The position numbers were made by a program, and so were the translations under genes. The notes beneath the pieces are model-generated. The model made no database searches. It was not told where the DNA came from and was given only the letters and a program-made list of their open reading frames with translations. 64,000 nucleotides of DNA, taken from the IMG/VR virus record IMGVR_UViG_3300035210_000151; one strand, 5' to 3'. Numbering within the stretch: position 1 is the first letter of the stretch; every line of letters starts with the position of its first letter. Shown here piece by piece: positions 19,919 through 30,762 of this stretch. The stretch is from a virus (Duplodnaviria; Heunggongvirae; Uroviricota; Caudoviricetes).

Positions 19919-21021
19919 ATATTACCTATTTTTTTCTTCGATAATGGTTTGTTGAGATCTACTGTTGTATAGTTGTCTCTATTCTTTGAATATTCTAAAT
20001 GATCATTATAATACCTAACTGTTTTGAACCCATTTTCTTTCAACATACTTAATAATAGTTCTTTTCTTTCGTCTTCAAATGAAACTTTAAAGGTTTCTTT
20101 TAAATTCAATATGGTGTTCATTTGATCAAAGGTTATAAATTCTTTGGAACGAGCGGATATTACAAACGAATTGAAGTTAACAAATATATTTCTTTCTTCA
20201 ACTACTGTGTTATTAAATAATACACCCAAGTTAGCTTCTTTGTCTTTAATGCCCAGTGTGCGATCTAAGTATTCATCTGGTTGGTAAAGACCTAATTCAG
20301 ATTTTGCTTGTTTATAGATTTGATATTTGATATCACCGATTCTAACTCTTACATCATCATTTCTTTCTCTTACTGTCTCCAAGAAACTAGAAAATTCTCT
20401 TGTTAGTTTTTTGAAGTCATCTTTAATGTATCTATCAAAATTATGCAAAGCATCGACTTTTTTCTCTTGTTGTTCCTGAACTTCACTTTTATAAAATTCA
20501 ATCAAACCTAGACATTCATCAGTGTTCTGTCCTTTAACGGTTAAAAATAATAGTTCTTTTTCTTGATTTGTTAATAATTTTTGTTGTTTCACTTCTTCAT
20601 CTTTGGCTTCCAACAAGTCATGTCTATAATCTTGCCATTGTTCAATGAGTCCATTAATCTCTGTGGCATATTCTCTTAGTTCAGATTTATAATCGGTATT
20701 GATGGAGTTTATTAATTTATCATAGTCGTCTTCATAGTTGAAAACTTCACCTAACACGCCATTGTATAAATGTTCTGGCAACTTGTTAACAAGTTTAATA
20801 ATATCATTTGACCATTGATCAAGGTCATACATTGCTTTAAATAGTTCAGTAAGGTTGATTTTTAATTCTTCAGGTTCTTGTTCCAAGTCTTCTTCATAAA
20901 TCCTTGTGGCATTTCTACTACTAAATTGCAATACATTTATTCTAGGACAGGTAATATCATGTACGTCATGAACACCCAATAATCTATCTATGCTGACTTG
21001 TTTTTTATTATCGTGACCCAT
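19909..21021 (-). CDS. Hypothetical coiled-coil protein (370 aa paralog pair)
   Basis: KKQVSID.LLGVHD.H.ITCPRIN.LQF shared with 21107..22219. Confidence 0.85.
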   Translation of the reverse strand: MGHDNKKQVSIDRLLGVHDVHDITCPRINVLQFSSRNATRIYEEDLEQEPEELKINLTELFKAMYDLDQWSNDIIKLVNKLPEHLYNGVLGEVFNYEDDYDKLINSINTDYKSELREYATEINGLIEQWQDYRHDLLEAKDEEVKQQKLLTNQEKELLFLTVKGQNTDECLGLIEFYKSEVQEQQEKKVDALHNFDRYIKDDFKKLTREFSSFLETVRERNDDVRVRIGDIKYQIYKQAKSELGLYQPDEYLDRTLGIKDKEANLGVLFNNTVVEERNIFVNFNSFVISARSKEFITFDQMNTILNLKETFKVSFEDERKELLLSMLKENGFKTVRYYNDHLEYSKNRDNYTTVDLNKPLSKKKIGNICI

Positions 21022-21106
21022 GTCTAACCTTTCTATGACTAATTGATATAATTACAGTATAGCATAAGAAATATTAAGTTTAAGATCTGTTATGTTGTAT
21101 CTAGTC

Positions 21107-22219
21107 TTAACCATTCTTAAACTTAGGTTTGTATAGAGGTGTATTAAGTTGTTGTTCAGTATAAGCATCTCTGTTCTGTTTATATTCTTTTTGATCGTTG
21201 TAATACCTAACAGTAATCACACCATTTGTTTTTAACATATCAAGTAGAGTTGATTTCTTAACTTCTCGATGATCAGTGTTAACTACTTCCTTTTCATTTA
21301 GATCAATCAGGGTGTTTAATTGTTCAAAGGTAATAAAACGTTTAGCCCTCATTCCAAGAGCAAAGCTTTTAAAGTTAACTTTCTCATTTCTTGCATCGGT
21401 TTCAGTATCATTAAAGATAACACCTAAGTTAGCCACGGATGGTTGTATGCCAAATTTAAGATCCAAATATTCGTCTGGTTGGTAGATGTTTAATAGTTCT
21501 TTGACGTGTTTTTCCATTTGGGTTTTTATTTCACCAATACCACATCTTAAATCATCGTTTCTATTTCTTACGTCTTCGAGAAAATATGAGAATTTTTTAA
21601 CTTGTTTCTCGAAGTCATCTTTCACATAACGTTCAAAATTAGTTTTGGCGTCATCTTTCTTTTCTGTTTGTTCGTAGACTTCATCTTTATAGAATTCAAT
21701 TAATCCCATACAGTCTTCTAAATCTTTACCATTCAATTTTAAAAAGAGTAATTCTTTTTCTTGTTCTTCTAATAATGCTTGTTGCTTTAACTCTTCTGTA
21801 TGGGCTTCTGCATAATCATTTCTATACGTTTGCCATTCTTCTATCAATCCATTAATAGATTCGGCATACTCAGTGATTTCTGGCTTATGGTCTATTTCAA
21901 GATCTTCTAGCCTTTGGGTATATTCATGATCAGTTAAAAAGGCTTCGCTTAAAATGATGTATTTTTTTATATCTGGTAGGTTATTCAACACCGCTATGAT
22001 GTCAGCAGACCATTTATCTAAATCATTCATGGCTTTGAATAACTCAGTTAAATTTAATTTTAAATTTTCTGGATCGAAATCAAGTTCTACTTTATAGACC
22101 TTAGTAGCACATTCGGTATCGAACTGAAGTGGGTTAATTCGTGGGCAAGTGATTTCATGTTTATCATGAACACCTAATAGACTGTCTATACTGACTTGTT
22201 TTTTATACTCGTATGGCAT
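21107..22219 (-). CDS. Hypothetical coiled-coil protein (370 aa paralog pair)
   Basis: Collinear paralog of 19909..21021; ends KPKFKNG. Confidence 0.85.
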   Translation of the reverse strand: MPYEYKKQVSIDSLLGVHDKHEITCPRINPLQFDTECATKVYKVELDFDPENLKLNLTELFKAMNDLDKWSADIIAVLNNLPDIKKYIILSEAFLTDHEYTQRLEDLEIDHKPEITEYAESINGLIEEWQTYRNDYAEAHTEELKQQALLEEQEKELLFLKLNGKDLEDCMGLIEFYKDEVYEQTEKKDDAKTNFERYVKDDFEKQVKKFSYFLEDVRNRNDDLRCGIGEIKTQMEKHVKELLNIYQPDEYLDLKFGIQPSVANLGVIFNDTETDARNEKVNFKSFALGMRAKRFITFEQLNTLIDLNEKEVVNTDHREVKKSTLLDMLKTNGVITVRYYNDQKEYKQNRDAYTEQQLNTPLYKPKFKNG

Positions 22220-22299
22220 TTAAGTTCCGTTTCATCACTGATTGATATATTAATATTATACCATAATAAATCTACACTTTCTGTAATTTAATGATTATT

Positions 22300-22926
22300 T
22301 TAAATTTCAATTATTGTAGGTTCATAATATTCTTTTACTGGTTTACCCACAACAGATTTAAAAAATAATTTAAAATCTTTAACATCCTTCTTATTCATCG
22401 GTTTTTTCAATCTGTTATAAATAGTTATAAAGTCTTTTGTGTTAATGAAGTAACGTGGGTTGTTTTCTTTCTTTTTGAATATATCAAAAATTGAAAAATC
22501 CGCTGAATTGTCTAAGTATAAAATGCCATCACTATTTATTTTAATAGATAATCTTCCTTGATATGATATGTCTGTATCTGTTTGGTCTATCCTTAACCTC
22601 ATATTGGGTGAACGATTTTCTAAACGTTTTAATTCTTCCACATCATACTGATCAAAACCGCCTACCATAGAAGATTGTATTCCTTTATTTTCTATGTAAA
22701 GAAAATAAGAACATAAAAATCTCTCTACCATTATAAAGGAAATTGAATTTAAATAGTTTATACAGTTTTCAAAACTCTTATCTAAATGGCTTGGCATTTC
22801 CAATTCAAATTCATTTAAAAAACCATTAAAATATTTTAAAAACAATCCGTTGTCATTACAGTGATATCCGGCTTCAGCGAGTGTAAGAAGTTTTGCATAT
22901 TTATATTTTTTCATTTTTTTATACAT
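22300..22926 (-). CDS. Hypothetical protein (paralog of 24083..24682)
   Basis: YFNGFL.EF.LEM, FENC.N.LNSIS.IMVERFLC shared. Confidence 0.85.
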   Translation of the reverse strand: MYKKMKKYKYAKLLTLAEAGYHCNDNGLFLKYFNGFLNEFELEMPSHLDKSFENCINYLNSISFIMVERFLCSYFLYIENKGIQSSMVGGFDQYDVEELKRLENRSPNMRLRIDQTDTDISYQGRLSIKINSDGILYLDNSADFSIFDIFKKKENNPRYFINTKDFITIYNRLKKPMNKKDVKDFKLFFKSVVGKPVKEYYEPTIIEI

Positions 22927-23031
22927 TATTGATTTAATACATCTTAAATATTCTTAAACGGATGTCAAATAGGCTTCTAATTTTGCTATAATTATGATAT
23001 AATGCATCATCAAATCAATTAGAGGATAGCT

Positions 23032-23481
23032 ATGAGCATTTTTAACTTCTTAATGCGTAAACTACATGATGGTGTAGATGAAAAAGCTAACATCTTGCTT
23101 ATTTTGTTTGCGGCTGCTGTTACAGTTCCTATGCAATGGATGATGCCTAAACGGTATGCACAGTATTTTTATGATAAAAATAGACGTGTCGAAGCAGAGA
23201 TTGGACCTCCTAAGTTTCGAGCTAAGATGGAAGTTAATGTCTTAACACGTAGTATGGTTGATGAAAGATTCATTATTAAGGCAACTTATCTTAACAATGC
23301 CCAAAAGATTTACATGTATAATTTGGAAGATGTTAAAGATGGCACCCAATATGACATGGTTCCAGAGAAATTCTTATGCCCACTTAAACCAGACGCATTA
23401 GCCAGTAACAACGTTTCATTCAGTGATTTTATGGCGACATTGAATGAAGGTAAGAAAACACACCACGACATTGCTTGGTAG
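23032..23481 (+). CDS. Hypothetical protein, possible N-terminal membrane anchor
   Basis: 149 aa, GAGGA RBS, TGATATAAT -10. Confidence 0.8.
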   Translation: MSIFNFLMRKLHDGVDEKANILLILFAAAVTVPMQWMMPKRYAQYFYDKNRRVEAEIGPPKFRAKMEVNVLTRSMVDERFIIKATYLNNAQKIYMYNLEDVKDGTQYDMVPEKFLCPLKPDALASNNVSFSDFMATLNEGKKTHHDIAW

Positions 23482-23506
23482 TCGATATTAGGTAAATGTT
23501 GAATAC

Positions 23507-23536
23507 AAAAAAAACACACTGCGAAGTGTGTTTTTT
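23507..23536. terminator. Bidirectional intrinsic terminator
   Basis: AAAAAAAACACACT-GCGA-AGTGTGTTTTTT. Confidence 0.85.
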
Positions 23537-23548
23537 ATTATCTGTGAT

Positions 23549-24049
23549 CTAACTGGAATGAATGTTATAAAACGCACCAATCAAATTGTCCATTTTAAGT
23601 TTCTGGTAATCGTATGGTGCAAATAATTTTTCTGCCAACTCTTCAAATAAGTTAGACAGTCTGGTTATCTCTGTCATGTTAACATTTATTTTACCGACTT
23701 CTGTATCTGGCAATGGACAAAGTTTTTCAATATAACATCCAAAAATTGCAGGATTTTCATTCCCACCATTATATCTAACTTCAAAGTCAATAGGATAATC
23801 TGTTACAAAAGTTTGAAAATTTTCGTATCCGGGGGAATTGTTAAACAGCTTTTCAATATTTTCCATCAGTGTTAAGGCAGAAGGTGATAATTCATCAAAA
23901 ATTGATTTATCATCCAAGTATCGCTGAATGGTTAAATCTTCGCTTACTAAATCTTCCAATTCTTGTATGAATTTTTTTGATGATAATCTTGCATTGTATG
24001 CATGTTGATTCAATGGAATGCCAATAAATGGCTGTAAATAAGTATACAT
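23549..24049 (-). CDS. Hypothetical protein
   Basis: 166 aa, AGGAGA RBS. Confidence 0.8.
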   Translation of the reverse strand: MYTYLQPFIGIPLNQHAYNARLSSKKFIQELEDLVSEDLTIQRYLDDKSIFDELSPSALTLMENIEKLFNNSPGYENFQTFVTDYPIDFEVRYNGGNENPAIFGCYIEKLCPLPDTEVGKINVNMTEITRLSNLFEELAEKLFAPYDYQKLKMDNLIGAFYNIHSS

Positions 24050-24082
24050 TATGAAAATCTCCTATTGTTTTGCTGCAAAATA

Positions 24083-24682
24083 TTAACACAATTCATAGGA
24101 TTTTTCAATAGGTTTTCCGATTATCGTTTTATAAAATGATTGGATATCTTTTATTTCATCTTTTGTTAATTTTACTGTTGTTCTCCTTAGATATTCACCT
24201 AAGTCTTTTACATTAATGAAATAACGACTGTCTTCTTCTGGTTTAGTTAATAATTTGAACAGTGACCACTTTTTAGGTTTATTGGTGTAAAATATTCCAT
24301 CTTTGTTCATTCTAATAGATAATGCAGTTTCTGTAGATGGTGTTTGGGTATGGTGGTTAACTATTATTCTCATTGTTACTGATGGTTTATCGAACCATTT
24401 CAATCTATTCAGATCGTAAACAGAAAAGCCATCCATTATAGGCTTTTGACCTCTCTCATAATAGAAGTGATACGCACACAAAAATCGTTCAACCATGATG
24501 TACGAAATTGAATTCAAAAAATTGAGACAGTTCTCAAATGTTTTTTCTTCTGTTTCTTTCATTTCCAAATCGAATTCTTCTAGGAAACCATTAAAATATT
24601 GAACAAATTTTTCTTGTCCATAACAATAATAGCTTAGTTCTGCAAATTTTAAGGCTCTCTGATATTTAAATTCTGTGTTCAT
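24083..24682 (-). CDS. Hypothetical protein (paralog of 22300..22926)
   Basis: 199 aa, AGGAGA RBS. Confidence 0.85.
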   Translation of the reverse strand: MNTEFKYQRALKFAELSYYCYGQEKFVQYFNGFLEEFDLEMKETEEKTFENCLNFLNSISYIMVERFLCAYHFYYERGQKPIMDGFSVYDLNRLKWFDKPSVTMRIIVNHHTQTPSTETALSIRMNKDGIFYTNKPKKWSLFKLLTKPEEDSRYFINVKDLGEYLRRTTVKLTKDEIKDIQSFYKTIIGKPIEKSYELC

Positions 24683-24857
24683 AATATAATCTCCTACCTA
24701 TAATTTACTATTTTTGAATACACTGTCAAAGAAAATAAATATTATGCAAACAAAATAAAGGTATTTAAGTTTTAAATACTTGATTTCTACTGCATTTAAA
24801 AAGCTTTCATTTTTAAGACTCTTCTGTTATCATAGTGACTCACTTTGGAGAATTATT

Positions 24858-25559
24858 ATGTTCAAAAAGATTATGTCAGTTATGTTTCTGCTTTGTTTAG
24901 CATTTCAGTCGTTGGCTGACGTTGCTGTAAACGACCTCTATGCACCTCTTGAAAACAAAAAATTTGACAAACCTTATACGAATTTCATTGAACCCCTATC
25001 AAAAATCATCGGGACTATTGAGCCTATTCCAAAAAGTTTGGACTCTGTTGAGTTTATTCAAGATGTAACAGGATTAAAATTTTCTAGATTTTATGAAACA
25101 CCTATTATTGAACAAGAAAGGAAAATTGTTCAATATGATTTTAAGACAGATGGTTATAGAAATAAAGCTGCAGAAAATTTCTTGGTGTCATTTTTTGTTG
25201 TTAACCATAAAGTTGAAAAAATTCTACTAAACGTTCAATCTCAATATGGTGATGATTATTATCTGTTCCATAGTAAAGACGAGGCGAGAGATAATAGAGC
25301 ATACCTCAATAAAAAATTGACTGAATCTGGCTGGTCATTAGAGAATCCTTGGACTTCGTTAATTACAAGTAACTATGTTTATAAAAAAGGCAACATTGAA
25401 CTTGTTTCCCGTGATAGTGTCTTCTATCCACTTGAAATAGATATCAAACGTACTGATTTGGTTAATGAACGTGATAGGTTTGATGACCTGACCGAATTGG
25501 ATCGTGAAATGTTGACTCAAAAGGTTGAAGAAAATAGAAAAAAACGTTTCGAAGACTAA
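24858..25559 (+). CDS. Secreted/periplasmic hypothetical protein
   Basis: GGAGA RBS; signal peptide MFKKIMSVMFLLCLAFQSLA. Confidence 0.8.
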   Translation: MFKKIMSVMFLLCLAFQSLADVAVNDLYAPLENKKFDKPYTNFIEPLSKIIGTIEPIPKSLDSVEFIQDVTGLKFSRFYETPIIEQERKIVQYDFKTDGYRNKAAENFLVSFFVVNHKVEKILLNVQSQYGDDYYLFHSKDEARDNRAYLNKKLTESGWSLENPWTSLITSNYVYKKGNIELVSRDSVFYPLEIDIKRTDLVNERDRFDDLTELDREMLTQKVEENRKKRFED

Positions 25560-25623
25560 CAATCACTACCAAAATTATTGTGTTCGTGGTATAATAGCGA
25601 ACACTTTAAAAGAGGATTAAAAG

Positions 25624-26280
25624 TTGAAAAAACTATTGACATTTATCAAGCATGATTTCGTCTCTCAGGTGTTTTTATTCAACCTTTTGCTTATTGTTAT
25701 TTATGCCTACTTCTCATTCAGTGACACGTCGAGTTTGACGCGAGCATTGATTGTGTTGGCAGTAATATTTTCAGCAGGTTCTTCTTACTTTCTATTCAGT
25801 TCGAAGGTCACTGTTCGTTTTGAACTTGTCTTAGCACTACCCCTTAGCATTTTTGTGATGTGTTTGTTCTTTGGGGTTCTCAACAAGTATAATGAAGTCG
25901 CCTCCTTAAATGAGTTATTCACTTATCAGTCAATGGAACGCTTGATTGACTTTGGCATCGGTGCCGCCTTGTTTTATGGAAGCTTTCTTGCTTTGATGGG
26001 ATTAAGTTGTGCTAACGCTGCACCTGATAGTTTTAATATTCAGGCTGGCAATATTGAAACATTGACTGGTAAACAACATGATTTTATTCATTATCGAATT
26101 ACAAAAAGCTATTCGTCAATCTTGACATTGAATAATTCTATTTTTGGTAAAAATGGTTTGATTGTTAATGGTAGTGTGATTGGATATAATGAATTATATA
26201 ACTATTTAAAAGATCAGAACATGCGGTTTAACGCCTTAACGGATGATGATTTTCTTGTTATGAATATGGTTAAAATTTGA
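25624..26280 (+). CDS. Four-TM membrane protein with C-terminal tag (DDFLVMNMVKI)
   Basis: Four hydrophobic segments then a soluble tail; GAGGA RBS, TTG start, TGGTATAAT -10. Confidence 0.8.
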   Translation: MKKLLTFIKHDFVSQVFLFNLLLIVIYAYFSFSDTSSLTRALIVLAVIFSAGSSYFLFSSKVTVRFELVLALPLSIFVMCLFFGVLNKYNEVASLNELFTYQSMERLIDFGIGAALFYGSFLALMGLSCANAAPDSFNIQAGNIETLTGKQHDFIHYRITKSYSSILTLNNSIFGKNGLIVNGSVIGYNELYNYLKDQNMRFNALTDDDFLVMNMVKI

Positions 26281-26326
26281 AAAGTTGTAGAAGTATGGTA
26301 ATAATTATTAATCATTTGGAGAGTTT

Positions 26327-26932
26327 ATGAAAATAGGTAATGACAGTATATTAGAAAAGGGGTTCTTGCTTCCCTATGAAAAAGATGTATTCAGGGCAGT
26401 TCAGACCGTTCTTAAAGCTGCTTACTGGAATGATATTCATACTAAAAGCGGCCACAAAATGTCTATTAAGATTACTAATTGTGGTGACTTGGGGTGGTTC
26501 TCTGATCACAAGGGCTACTATTATTCAGAAGTCAATCCAGTGACCAATAAACTGTGGCCTCCTATGCCAGACATCTTGAAAGAACTTGCGATTAAAGCTG
26601 CAGAACTGGCTGGGTATAACGACTTTATCCCAGATTGTTGTTTACTTAACCGTTACAGTGTAGGAACCAAGCTCTCATTACATCGTGACGTTGATGAAAA
26701 AGATACTACTCAGCCTATTGTTTCTTTCTCACTGGGTATTCCAGCAGAGTTTCTTTGGGGTGGTTTGAAGCGAGATGATGATGTAGAGACGTTTACCCTT
26801 GAACATGGTGATGTCATTGTGTTTGGTGGTGAAGACAGACTTAGATTTCATGGTGTAGCACCTATTAAGTCATATCATCATCCTATTCTTGGTGATCTTC
26901 GTATCAATCTCACGTTTCGAAAGGCTGCTTAA
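26327..26932 (+). CDS. alkB: AlkB Fe(II)/2-oxoglutarate dioxygenase (alkylated DNA/RNA repair)
   Basis: TNCGDLGW, WPPMP, PDCCLLNRY, LHRD.DE (HxD), PIVSFSLG, LEHGDVIVFGG, RFHGV, RINLTFRKA. Confidence 0.96.
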   Translation: MKIGNDSILEKGFLLPYEKDVFRAVQTVLKAAYWNDIHTKSGHKMSIKITNCGDLGWFSDHKGYYYSEVNPVTNKLWPPMPDILKELAIKAAELAGYNDFIPDCCLLNRYSVGTKLSLHRDVDEKDTTQPIVSFSLGIPAEFLWGGLKRDDDVETFTLEHGDVIVFGGEDRLRFHGVAPIKSYHHPILGDLRINLTFRKAA

Positions 26933-26967
26933 TAAAAAACCACTAGATTTCTAGTGGTTATATGTAT

Positions 26968-27339
26968 TCAAACAATCAAGACAACATCAACATCTTTCGA
27001 GACTTCATTGCTTTGAAATTTCATTAATACATCGTCTAGCATTATTTTCCAGTTTTGGCTTTTCTTAGGATCATATAGCACTTCGCTTTCAATAGCGACA
27101 ACTTGCATGGCATACACTTTAAAATTCTCGAAAGGTGTATTGAAAAAATCTTGTGGTTCATAATTAAAAATGACTTTATCTTCTTTCCCAAAGCCCATAA
27201 CAACAATTGTCCCATCATTTTTTAATCGGATGTATCTATTCTTTCCAGCCAATACCAATTCGTTCTTGATGACTTCTAAAATTTTGTCATACGCGGTAAA
27301 AAGTGCTGTTCTTTGGTTTCTTTCGAATCTGTCATTCAT
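26968..27339 (-). CDS. Hypothetical protein
   Basis: 123 aa, AAGGAGA RBS; hairpin at 26934-26959 shared with alkB. Confidence 0.8.
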   Translation of the reverse strand: MNDRFERNQRTALFTAYDKILEVIKNELVLAGKNRYIRLKNDGTIVVMGFGKEDKVIFNYEPQDFFNTPFENFKVYAMQVVAIESEVLYDPKKSQNWKIMLDDVLMKFQSNEVSKDVDVVLIV

Positions 27340-27469
27340 TTAATGTCTCCTTTTAGATAAATAGTTTATCAATCTTTAAAAAAATCGCAAATAATGCTTG
27401 CATGTTTTTTTTATGGCTTTATTTTGTGTTTTATGCTATAATAAACAAAATTCAAATGAGGCTTCAATT

Positions 27470-28282
27470 ATGTCACATATTACAATGGGTCGTGAGATGT
27501 TCTACATTGCGGATCAAATTGCACAAAAGGAAATTCCTTCAGATGATATTTTGTTGTCTCGACTTGAAGAAACGCTTAATGGACGAGATTGCTTTATGAT
27601 ATGTGGAAAATCATTTGATCTACTTCATCAGCTTGGCTTTGTAGAAACGTGTAAATATGATGCTGAGTCTGCAAATCCTATTTATTATGTTAATGTGATT
27701 GCACAATCAGTCATGTATCGTGAACATATTGTTCATCCTTATGAGCGAACGTTTCAAAAAGTAGATGGTAACCGGGTTACTGAGCTTTATTTTAAGCGTG
27801 AAGATTTTGTATTTAAAGAAGATCACAATGATTATTTCTATAACCTTGTTTTGAAAGGCACTTATCTTAAGGACTCTCTTCCAGAAGGTGAACTTACTTA
27901 TATTAATCTGAGCGAAATAAAATTTCCAAAATTGGGGACGCCTTCAATTATTGGTTACAAAAAAAATGGTGAGATCTCCGTAACTTGCACTGTGAACAAA
28001 AATCGCGTTATTTGGTTTTTTGATGGCGATCATACTTACCAAGATGATGTTATCTATAAAGAGTATGAATCTAATAACTTATTTGACATTGCGATTGTTA
28101 ATTATACGCATAAGAAACGTATTGAATCGGTTGTCTTTCGCCTTGGCAACAGACAAATTGATATTGAACAAATCGCTGATGTCGTTCCTGCGTTAGTGGG
28201 GTTGAAACCTATTGAACAATTGAATTGGGAACGTTATGTGACTCCCGAACAAATCCTCGTTCTTGAAATGAGGGCCATTTAA
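27470..28282 (+). CDS. Hypothetical protein, family E, C-terminal tag (EQILVLEMRAI)
   Basis: GAGG RBS, TGCTATAAT -10; paralog of 28284..29003 (LGF, ELY.K, PSII.Y, VVPAL, LNW..YVT.E). Confidence 0.85.
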   Translation: MSHITMGREMFYIADQIAQKEIPSDDILLSRLEETLNGRDCFMICGKSFDLLHQLGFVETCKYDAESANPIYYVNVIAQSVMYREHIVHPYERTFQKVDGNRVTELYFKREDFVFKEDHNDYFYNLVLKGTYLKDSLPEGELTYINLSEIKFPKLGTPSIIGYKKNGEISVTCTVNKNRVIWFFDGDHTYQDDVIYKEYESNNLFDIAIVNYTHKKRIESVVFRLGNRQIDIEQIADVVPALVGLKPIEQLNWERYVTPEQILVLEMRAI

Positions 28283-28283
28283 G

Positions 28284-29003
28284 ATGGCTGAAATGATTGA
28301 TAGTAAACTTGATGAGATTAAGACAGCCTTAGCTAATAATAAGTGTTTTACCGTTAAGGGGCACTTTAAGGAGCTTTATGATCTAGGTTTTTATCAACAG
28401 GCTGATAACAATCCAGATTTTGTTAAGGACGATGACAACCCTAATTTCTTTTTGAATATTTATAACCTTATCAATGAGCAACATTCAGAGTTAACTGAAT
28501 ATGATTACACTTTTTATAAAATCATTGGCGATGAAGTGATTGAACTGTATTTAAAAGAATGTTCAAAAGAATATGGTTACAAGGGTAAAGAACGTGAATA
28601 CGTCCTTGCTTTTAAAGGTCGTTATTATTTAGACACATGTAAATTAGTCCCCTCTAAAAAGCCATCTATTATAGCTTACAACTGGTATGGTCAACCTACG
28701 CTTATGGTGACTATCCGAGGGCAAGAAACAGAATGGTTTATTACTTCACATGCAAGTGCTGCTGATTATTTTGGTAAGTTTTTTGATTCTGACTTACACT
28801 TTGGTCTGCATCGTGTTGATTATGATTCTACGAAAAAAACGATTACTGATGTTTATTTTAAAGTCGGTGAGAATTTTATTACGGCTGTTGAACTTGGTGA
28901 AGTAGTTCCGGCTTTGAAAGACTGCAGTTATTTAAAATTGTTAAACTGGCAAAAATATGTAACATCTGAGCATATTACGGTGTTGGAAATGACTTTAATT
29001 TAA
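28284..29003 (+). CDS. Hypothetical protein, family E, C-terminal tag (EHITVLEMTLI)
   Basis: 239 aa paralog of the upstream gene. Confidence 0.85.
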   Translation: MAEMIDSKLDEIKTALANNKCFTVKGHFKELYDLGFYQQADNNPDFVKDDDNPNFFLNIYNLINEQHSELTEYDYTFYKIIGDEVIELYLKECSKEYGYKGKEREYVLAFKGRYYLDTCKLVPSKKPSIIAYNWYGQPTLMVTIRGQETEWFITSHASAADYFGKFFDSDLHFGLHRVDYDSTKKTITDVYFKVGENFITAVELGEVVPALKDCSYLKLLNWQKYVTSEHITVLEMTLI

Positions 29004-29012
29004 GGATATTGT

Positions 29013-29237
29013 ATGGCTTTTATTATTTCTTGGTTCATCGTTGGATTTATTGGTGGAATACTGTGTTCATGTGTGGATATTTTTGTTAACAGACACCCTA
29101 CTTTTGAAATTAAGATGCCTATTTTGCTGTCTTTCTTTGGTGCTTTGCTTATTCTTTGGTTTTTCATTTATCATAGACAATCGAAAATAGATAGAAAAAA
29201 CTCATGTTTTACAGATTCATATTTTCCTCTACCTTAA
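29013..29237 (+). CDS. Small two-TM membrane protein
   Basis: 74 aa, AAGGA RBS, two hydrophobic segments. Confidence 0.7.
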   Translation: MAFIISWFIVGFIGGILCSCVDIFVNRHPTFEIKMPILLSFFGALLILWFFIYHRQSKIDRKNSCFTDSYFPLP

Positions 29238-29291
29238 AGTTGATTATTATTGATTTATATGTTATTTTCTTATAAAATATAGGAGATATAT

Positions 29292-29936
29292 ATGGATTAT
29301 GATGATGACAATACCGTATTTGTTATTAAATTAAAAGATAATGCACCCTTAAACCTTCAATCGTTGTTTGAAGGCATTAGAAAGGTTGGTAATATCGTTG
29401 TTAGTTACAGTGCTGCTGAGCAAAAAACTGAAATGCCTGATATTCAAGAAAAAGCATTGTTTATTTCTTTTGACGGTTCAGAATTTAGTGATTATGAAGA
29501 AATTCTTTTTTATTCGTTACTCTACAAGATTGCTGAGAAATTTGGTGTTCAAAAAAGAGATATCAAAACAGGAATGAATTTCCCTTGCATCCATGACGAT
29601 GTGGAAGTGTTCAGTATCTTAATAAAAAGTTCTCAATGGAATAATAAATATGATGAAGATTATTTGGTTGAAACAGCCACAGGTCGAATTATTTCCAATG
29701 AAGAAGCTGATGATCTTGATTATAATTACGATATAGATGATGAAAATGACACGACTTATGACAAATATTCACGTTTTTGGTATACAGAGATTGTGGATAA
29801 TGTAAAGTATGATGAAGATGAACCATTTTTCTTTCTATCGAAGATATTTTGGCGTAAAAGAAAAGAGAAATATGAGGCAGAAGCTAAGGCAGCTCTTGCT
29901 GAATCTGATAAATTGTGGCAAAAAATTCGTTACTAA
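29292..29936 (+). CDS. Hypothetical acidic protein
   Basis: 214 aa, AGGAGA RBS; terminator at 29951-29984. Confidence 0.8.
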   Translation: MDYDDDNTVFVIKLKDNAPLNLQSLFEGIRKVGNIVVSYSAAEQKTEMPDIQEKALFISFDGSEFSDYEEILFYSLLYKIAEKFGVQKRDIKTGMNFPCIHDDVEVFSILIKSSQWNNKYDEDYLVETATGRIISNEEADDLDYNYDIDDENDTTYDKYSRFWYTEIVDNVKYDEDEPFFFLSKIFWRKRKEKYEAEAKAALAESDKLWQKIRY

Positions 29937-30002
29937 TAATTTGTAATAATAAAAAAAGCGATTGTATGGGACAGTCGCTTTTTTATTATTTTAAGCTGTT
30001 GT

Positions 30003-30512
30003 TTATTTCAATTTTACAACAAATAGACATCCTTTTGTATTAAAACATTCTTCTAATGTTACAGAGTTATCATCTTTTGTAGAATAATACACATCAACAT
30101 TCTTATTTTTCAGATCTTTTTCAATGTATTGATAATACTCTTTCATTCGTTCTCTTGTTTCTTCTGATATGCTATCAGCACGGCGAATGGCTTCAAACTT
30201 ATAAATGAATTTGTCTGGTGTGTTGTCTGGTTTCAATTTAATCACAACGTCCGTATTTTTAATCATCTCATTTTGATATTCAGTCACATAAGAACAGGTT
30301 AAGCCTTCACAATTTATTCTAGAATTCAATTTATACTTATAATTATTGAAATCGACGCCTTTATTTTCATTAGCGATGTCGATAAATTGATGTATATTAT
30401 TCGTATACACTTTCAATATCGTTCTGGTATTCATGGACGCCATCAATGTGATTGCACTACCCACTATAACTACCAATAATCCGGTAGCGACTAAGCCTTC
30501 TTTAAATGTCAT
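30003..30512 (-). CDS. Membrane-anchored hypothetical protein
   Basis: AGGGAGA RBS before ATG 30512; N-terminal TM helix. Confidence 0.75.
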   Translation of the reverse strand: MTFKEGLVATGLLVVIVGSAITLMASMNTRTILKVYTNNIHQFIDIANENKGVDFNNYKYKLNSRINCEGLTCSYVTEYQNEMIKNTDVVIKLKPDNTPDKFIYKFEAIRRADSISEETRERMKEYYQYIEKDLKNKNVDVYYSTKDDNSVTLEECFNTKGCLFVVKLK

Positions 30513-30762
30513 AACAATCTCCCTTTCATTAAATATATAGTAGTTGATAATAATTTCAAGGTTGCCAATATACCACTGCATATTTGTTTGTTACAAAGAT
30601 CATATCATAATCAAATTTTAATAAGCATCTTAAAAAATAAATAATATCTCAAATTAAGTTTGTTAAGTAATAATAAGCAATAAACATTGAATACTATATT
30701 ATAATAGTGTATTGACATTTAACAGTAATAAAAATATAGTATAAAAAACATCGAGTTCTTCA

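Noticed and set aside
30003-30512. Type IV pilin call
   Set aside because: No basic leader or G/F cleavage site; only a faint TFKE similarity, so left as membrane-anchored hypothetical.
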